A DNA stretch of 64,000 nt from Octopus vulgaris (taxonomy: Eukaryota). The number at the start of each line of letters is the position of its first letter. Positions within the stretch are counted from its first letter, which is position 1. The notes under the pieces are model-generated. The model did no database searches. It was not told where the DNA came from and saw only the letters and a program-made list of their open reading frames with translations. The stretch lies in assembly GCA_951406725.2 (NCBI GenBank), contig OX597822.1, positions 25,420,001 to 25,484,000 on the forward strand. The letters are read 5' to 3'. Below are positions 56,632-64,000 of the stretch, piece by piece. A program made the translations under genes and the position numbers.

Positions 56632-57679
56632 TTACATAATTATTCTGCATCAGTATTGAACGAAACTCCGCGGATAGCATTTGAAAGAGATCGAAAGAGG
56701 TGAAAATCCATTGGTGCCAAATCGGGAGAGTACTCGGGTGTGGCAGCACTTCTCGGTCATGCGTTAGCATGGCTTCCTTGGTCATATTGGCGATATGAAG
56801 TCGGGCGTTGTCATGCAGTAGAACTCCATGCTGCCGATTAGGGCTTTTCTCTTGGATAGCCGTGTTGAGTCGTCCTATCTGTTGAACATAGAGTTCCGCG
56901 TTGATCGTTTGGTTCCGTTCAAGCAATTTTTAATGGAGAATTCCTTCCCAGTCCTACTATACGCACAACATCGTTTTACGCAGATGAAGATCTCGTTTCA
57001 CGCGCGGTGTCGCCCTTTTGCCGGGGCTAAGCCATTCCTTACGCTGCTTCATATTAATGTACAGGCACTATTTTTCATCGCCAGTAACGATTCGGTAAAT
57101 AAATCGTTGCTTGTGTCCAGGGGTTGAACGGTGATGAGCAAGCAAACCAGCGGAGATTGTGGCTCGTTGATTATGGTTGTTGTCACTTAAAGCATGCGGA
57201 ATCCATGCTCCATACTTCTGAACCTTTCCCATTGAGTGAAGATGCTTCTCTATGGCAGTGTGGGAGCATTCCATTTTCTCTGCCAGTTCCCTTGTCGTTT
57301 GACGAGAATTTTCGTGCAAAAGATGGTTTAATCTCTCTTCATTGAACTCAACTGGACGGCCAGAACGAGATGCGTCTTTGAGGTCAAAATTTCCATTTTT
57401 GAACTGGGCATACTAATCACGAGCGGTTCTGTCTGCTATGGCACCCTCTCCATACACAGCACAAATGCCAGAGAAGCTTTTGCGGCCTTAGAACTTTGAT
57501 TGAAAGCAAAAAGAAGGTGTCGAAAATGCTCATTTTTCTTAACTTGACATTCCATTCTAATGACCTGAAAATAAACAGAAAATAACTAAAATTAACTAGA
57601 AAAAAAAAAGATTCCAAAATTTAAATACGCGATAAATTCCAAAATTTAAAAAAACGGCGGGAACTTTTTGCCAACCCAA
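56632..57679 (-). mobile_element. Mariner transposase pseudogene, 3'-truncated
   Basis: TIR TTGGGTTGGCAAAAAGTTCCCGCCG plus TA. MECQVKKNEHFRH.., QTTRELAEKM, WIPHAL (WVPHEL motif), RIVTGDEK, LLHDNARLH, VLPHP. Frameshifted. Confidence 0.95.
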
Positions 57680-57753
57680 TATATGGTATCTAATAAATTT
57701 TATTTGCCTTTTTTATTTAGATTTATGCTATTAGCAACTCTGTGTTATTTCAC

Positions 57754-57816
<63 letters not shown>

Positions 57817-58133
57817 CCTACCTATCTATCTATCTCGGAAATTTAAAACAGTGGGTTACCTACTTGCAAACAAATGTGGTAACATGTAACAATATTGACC
57901 GAAGTTACCGTGGTCTTTTCTGTAAACCGTATCTGCTTCCCCCTTTATACCTTACATCATGACACTGTGATACATGATCCTTATTGATCGTTTTTTTTCT
58001 TTTGTTTCTTTTCCTTTTTTTTCTTCTTTCCCTTTTACGATCCCTTTTGATCGAAAAAAGAAAAAGCTTTACTTCGTAATCTGTCCCGTCTGTGTGCTAA
58101 TAAAGAACATATCTATCTGTCTGTCTGTCTGTG

Positions 58134-58289
<156 letters not shown>

Positions 58290-58314
58290 CAGCAAAATTC
58301 AACAAAATCTGTTA

Positions 58315-58358
58315 AGTTTTCGTTGCCGTTCATCAGCTGATGAACGGCAACGAAAACT
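58315..58358. repeat. Perfect 44-bp spacerless palindrome
   Basis: AGTTTTCGTTGCCGTTCATCAG|CTGATGAACGGCAACGAAAACT. Confidence 0.95.
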
Positions 58359-58451
58359 AATCAGAAGCTGCTTATCTCTATCACTGGTATTTGAGTACTC
58401 TTTTTTCCACCTTGTTTCACATTTATGTGTTTACTCCGGTCTATATATATT

Positions 58452-58489
<38 letters not shown>

Positions 58490-58498
<9 letters not shown>

Positions 58499-58728
58499 GA
58501 AATGAGGTAATCAGAAGATCGGATGGTTCATATTTATAGGTATTTACTTATATATTACATTTTTACATATATATATCATATCATTCAGATTATTAGCGGT
58601 TTCTCCCATTCTAGTGGGGTTTTCAAATCAAATTAATTCCTTTGTGGGGAATTTAATCATTTATATAAATAAATATCTATAAATATGAACCATCCGATCT
58701 TCTGATTACCTCATTTCTTCTAATATAT
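58490..58728. repeat. ~57-bp inverted repeat between (TA)n tracts
   Basis: TATTAGAAGAAATGAGGTAATCAGAAGATCGGATGGTTCATATTTATAG and its reverse complement at ~58676-58726. Confidence 0.92.
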
Positions 58729-58754
58729 AATACCTGTACATCATCTCCAAACCT

Positions 58755-58834
<80 letters not shown>

Positions 58835-59253
58835 ACACGCATACACACAAGGAAAAGACATGCTTATTCGCATATACGCAAATATACATATAAATTTGTA
58901 TGTTAATACACACACACCCACATGTACACCTCCATACTTGCGCATGCACGCATAAATTATATTTTATAATATGTGTCCGCAGTCCACCTGCATTTCGGTC
59001 CTGTTGAGTGATGATCTTTGCAACTGCCACACACATTTTAAATTCTTGCCGGGTTTTTAGTTACTCTGCGATTTCAGGGATTTGGTTATCAGGTGTTTCT
59101 TGAACCTACTCCATATAGATTTTACTAAATATTTGGAAATATGCTGAAAAACTGCAAGCCTTCGAGCTCTTGACTGTTGGAATATTAGGTTCTGGTATGG
59201 ACAGTGAAACCTTTTCCCAATGTAGTTGGGTTGATAATATCTCTTGGAGATTA

Positions 59254-59600
59254 GTGAAGACGCATGGTTCAATAGTTAGAGCGTCGGACTCACAATCGTG
59301 AGGTAGTGAGTTCGATTCCCGGACCGAGCTGTGTGTTGTGTTCTTAAGCAAGACACTTTATTTCACGTTGCTCCGGTTCACTCTCAGCTGTAGAAATGAG
59401 TTGCGACGTCACTGGTGCCAAGCTGTACCGGCGTTTGCCTTTTCCTTGGACAACATTGACGGCGTGGAGAAAGGAAGCTGGTATACATGGGCAACTGCTG
59501 TTTTCTATAAACAACCATGCCCGGTCTTGTTTCTCGGAGGTAACTTTCTAGGTGCAATCCCATGGCCATTCATGACCAAGGGGGCTCTTTACCTGGGCTC
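59254..59600 (+). mobile_element. SINE family D
   Basis: Matches 14140-14468. Confidence 0.86.
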
Positions 59601-60440
59601 TTTACCTTTTACTTGGTAATTAACTATATTTAAAAGCGCTGATTAATTGTATCTCACATTAAGATGATTCAGTGTTATCCCTTCCAGAATCTTTCATGTT
59701 TAAACCACTGTATAGATTAACTATATTAACTCTGCTCAGGTATTGAACTGTGACAATTTATTTTGGCATAGTAAGGTTAAACTGCTTAAAGTCTGCTAGT
59801 TTCACCATTAGTTTAATTCTAAGTGGCGACCATAGTTGAGAGCAACAGTCCAGACAGCTAAGAAAAATTGTCTTTCTTAAAATCAGCACGGGTTATGGCT
59901 CCCTTCTGAATGTATGTATATCCGTGTGCATGTATATCATGCAAATACGCACACAGATATACTGTATTCAATGACATATAGTATATATACCGTATTTAAC
60001 GGCATATAAAACCTAACTTTGTCTCAGAAGCTTTAATACACTTAAAACTTCCATTCCTGAATATACGCGGCTGAAATATGCCTATGAGTTTTTTATGCTA
60101 TAAGTATACAGTATATACAAAAGCGACGATGTCTAAATTTTGTCCATCAATTCATTTGTGAAATTGAAGGAGATTGGCTATTTTTTCTTGCTGGACTAAT
60201 CACCACATAAATTCAGCGTCGTGTCAACCCTTTTGTCTAAATGCGTTCCAGCCGTAATCATTCCATCATCCATCGACACGATGAACCTCTGTCAACATTA
60301 TTTTAGGATATTCTCATTTTAAGCAAGTAAATGTCATTTTGATACTATTTCGCCACTATTTTGGAAGACGAGTGACCAAAGAGAGATACCCTTATCAGAA
60401 ACAATCTCTTGCCCTGTCTCCTTGTTTCTCTTCTTCTCAC

Positions 60441-60473
<33 letters not shown>

Positions 60474-60833
60474 ACGTTATAAAATAAAATTAATGGAACT
60501 TTTGTTAATCCTTTGATTCCAAAGTTATTTGCTGACAGGGGTCAGTATAATTTCAAACAGAATTCAGTATGTATGTATGTATGTATGTATGTATGTATGT
60601 ATGTATGTATGTATGTATGTATGTATGTATGTGCATATGTATGCATACATATATATGTATGTATGTGTCTACGTATGTATAAATAAAGAGAAAGAGGGAA
60701 AGAAAGATAGAGAGAGTTGTCTTGACTGCCGTAAAGGATATGTCATATATTTTACAGATCAAATTTATATTATATTTTTATGTTATAATATTAACTTACA
60801 TATATACAAAGATATATATATATATATATATAT

Positions 60834-60905
<72 letters not shown>

Positions 60906-60913
60906 GATAAATG

Positions 60914-60983
<70 letters not shown>

Positions 60984-61600
60984 ATGTGTATATACATATA
61001 TATATATGAATCTTTGTCGAAGTCTTTTCTGCATCCTACTTCCTTTTCCTCCCCTTCTCCTCCTCCTCCTCATCATCATCATTATAATGATCATCATATA
61101 TTCAACTTTTATGCTATCTGTCAGCACCACCACCTACAACATTATGTTGGCTAAAACTGCACATGCGAGAGAAATCAGCTGTTTACCTCAGCAGCACAGA
61201 ACAACAGCGTTTGTTCCTACGACTCTTCAATAAAGCTTTCTACTACTGCTGCTGTGCTGCAATAAAAGTAGTAGTAGTAGTAGCAGTAGTAGTAGAAAGG
61301 GAAGAGGACTATGTTGATGTTTTTTGTTGCCGCTGTGGTCACAACAACATACATGCATCACTATTTCTGCATATGGCAATCTACCCAAACTAACTAAATC
61401 GAAGAGAAGAGTTTAATATCTTCTCACAATTTTCTCCATCCACCAAAAGGTCAACGCTAAAAAGGCTACTAATATATTGCAGGACCGTCTGTCAAAGAAT
61501 ATTAGACATCCAGAAACTCGGACGAGCTAAGTTAAGGAGCCGCTCCTCCTGTTACAAATATCTGTCTTCAAAGAAATATGTGACACGTCACATCGGATAA

Positions 61601-61989
61601 TCTCTCTCTATATAAAACTGAAGTTGTCTGCGTATGGCAGGTTTGGTAGCCTTCAACTAACACTATCTCCTCCGAGACCCTGCGGCGCAAGCTGATCAAA
61701 ATTGAGATTATGATAGAAGGCTTGCTCTTCCTTCCGTAGAAAAGAAAATTCAAACCAGACCATGTTAACACCAAAAATTATTTACATCAAAAAGGTGCTT
61801 TTTTTCTATGAAAATCTCTATTATTTACGATTTTTTGACTGCTGTGTTGCCATTTTTCGGTGTATTTCAACCAGAAAAATGTTCTCTTAAAGAGAATAAC
61901 AAGCTACATAATGCAAAATTGTTACTTTTCAAAAATTCCAATTCTAAAGGGTCGAAACAAATCTGAGCAACGCCGGGCGGTACTGCTAG
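61601..61989 (+). mobile_element. Non-autonomous Helitron
   Basis: A|TCTCTCTCTATATAAA start, subterminal hairpin CTGAGCAACGCCGGG, CTAG|T end, no TSD. Confidence 0.85.
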
Positions 61990-62005
61990 TATTACATAAT
62001 AGTAA

Positions 62006-62590
62006 AGTAGTGAGCTGGTAGAATTGTTAGCGTATCGAGTAAAATGCTTGGCAGCATTTTATCAGTCTTTATGCTCTGAGTTCATATTTCACCGAAGTCG
62101 ACTTTGCCTTTCATCCCTTTCGGGGTCGATAAATCAAGGGGCAGCTGAGTACTGGTGTCGATGTAATCGACTTACTCTCTCTCCTGAAATTATTGATCTC
62201 GTGACATAGTTTGAAACCAATATTAGATAACAGTATTATTAGATACATTTTGTGCTAAGGTGGTGAACTGGCAGAAACGTTGGCACCCTGGGCGCATCCT
62301 TTCGTGGTCGATTAAATAAGTACCAGTTACGCACTGGGGTCGATATAATCGACTTAATCCGTTTGTCTGTCCTTGTATGTCTCCTCTGTGTTTAGCCCCT
62401 TGTGGGTAGTAAAGAAATGGGTATTTCTCCTGACTGTACGTCCTGAGTACAAATTCCGCCGGGGTCGACTTTGCCTTTCATCCTTTCGGGGTCGATAAAA
62501 TAAGTATCATTTGAGCACTGGGGTCGATACTATCAACTTACTCGCTCCTGGGACTTGCTGGCCTTGTGCAAAAATTTGAAATCAATATTA
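62006..62590 (+). mobile_element. Cluster of SINE family B units (three central domains)
   Basis: CATCC(C/T)TT(T)CG(G/T)GGTCGAT at ~62112, ~62295 and ~62479. Confidence 0.82.
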
Positions 62591-63199
62591 GATACACAGG
62601 ATCGATAAAAGGTGGGGTGGTTATGATCATGGATGGAAATCACTTTGATTATAAGTCTCCTCAATTATTACTGACTTGGAGTAAAATAACTTATAATAAA
62701 TGTATAGATCTATACATCTGGTGGTGATGGGTTTGTCAATAAAATCAACCGCGTTACTTGACATTTTAATTTTTTTTATTTAGCGTTCCCAGAAACGCAT
62801 AAGACAAACTTGATCTCAGCCATAACAATGTCGTCTTTTATTTCAAGAATAGTGTACAAGGACTATATGTTCTGTTCTTTTTTTAAGAAGAAATAGCGTG
62901 GTAAGAGAAAGAATCGGCTGCTATTTCTTGCATGTAGAACCAAGAGGCTTCTTACACTGTAATTTAGATAATTTATTACTTGTTGTGTCGAGTTGACTTT
63001 TACCTTTTTGGGACTTGCGTATTCTGTACTCTAATTCAGACTAGAGATTATCATTATATACATTATTTACATTATTTATATTTATTTACATTTATTTACA
63101 TTATTTATATTTATTTACATTATTTATATTTGTACATAATTTCTCATCTCTTAAATATAGAACTGTAGAGATTATCACTTGTCTCGAATTGGCTTACTT

Positions 63200-63645
63200 T
63201 TGGATCTGGATTATAGTTTGAATTATGCACAACGACTGCTATGCTAAAAGTTTGGATATAATCTGGACTGTAATTTTAAATACAAATATGTCGCAACATT
63301 TAGACTAGGACTGAGAATCTGATTACATGATGTCTAGTACGTCACAACATTTAAACCTAAATTCTGGTTTAAATTATGGCTGGTGTGCCACAAATTTAAT
63401 ATCTGATCTCTAGTTCTGATTGTATGATGATTGATATGTGATAAGTTTTAAATTTGGACTCTGGTTATCATTGTATGACGAATGGTGTATCACAAAATTT
63501 CAACCTGGATTTGATTCCGAATATATGATGAGTGGTATGTAATCATCTTTAAGAACTGGACTTCCGTTCTCTCGTATAAAGACTTGTATGACGCAACTTT
63601 TAAACCTGGATTGTAGTTCTGTTTGTATGGTGAGTGGTTTATTAC
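63200..63645. repeat. Highly diverged ~51-bp tandem repeat, ~9 units
   Basis: Recurrent consensus ~CTGGACT.TAGTTCTGATTGTATGATG..TGGTATGTCACAA.TTTTAAAC. Confidence 0.7.
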
Positions 63646-64000
63646 ATGTAGTTTCTATTGTTGAGTTTGGCTTGTCACCACTCTCCTGTCACACGCCATA
63701 TGTCCGTGGGCAACTATGGAGTGAACTTTAGGGCTTATAGATCTAATATTTTCCTATCCTTCCTGATTACCAGTTCCTTTATGCTACTCATATCTGCACT
63801 AGGGCTGCTTAGGAGGTTATTATGTCCTAGCATATGTGCTGCCTCATTTATTTTTCGTATTTTCCAGTGGTGTTCTCTGTCTATTATTTTAACTTCATCT
63901 CACTGGGGGAAGTGGTCTCCGTTTCTCCATACACGATCAGCTATACTCGATTTATCAATATCTCCCCGTGTCACAGCTTTGCAATGTTTCTCTACCCTTA

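Overview
AT-rich, microsatellite-saturated eukaryotic DNA with no confidently identifiable intact host gene. The repeat landscape (tRNA/CORE SINEs, huge (TA)n/(TG)n/(TATG)n/(TATC)n tracts) resembles an Octopus/cephalopod intergenic or intronic region; the organism is an inference. Nearly all long ORFs in the track are microsatellite artefacts. Recognisable content: two 3' remnants of RLE-endonuclease (R4/Dong-like) LINEs that both run into (TAA)n, a degraded Ty3/gypsy element, two mariners, a Tc1/maT-type remnant, CR1-group LINE tails, four SINE families, non-autonomous Helitrons, hAT- and mariner-type MITEs, a MITE carrying TTAGGG repeats, and 109-bp and ~51-bp tandem arrays. The most notable signal is a set of short non-coding elements sitting in (TA)n tracts. 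They carry minimal type-I hammerhead ribozymes with a palindromic helix III (best at 45723-45798, minus strand; also 1812-1846, ~23670 and ~53300) and/or long inverted repeats, consistent with non-autonomous Penelope-like/retrozyme-type elements. One candidate terminal coding exon lies at 11582-11970 (minus). All calls were made by eye; boundaries are approximate.
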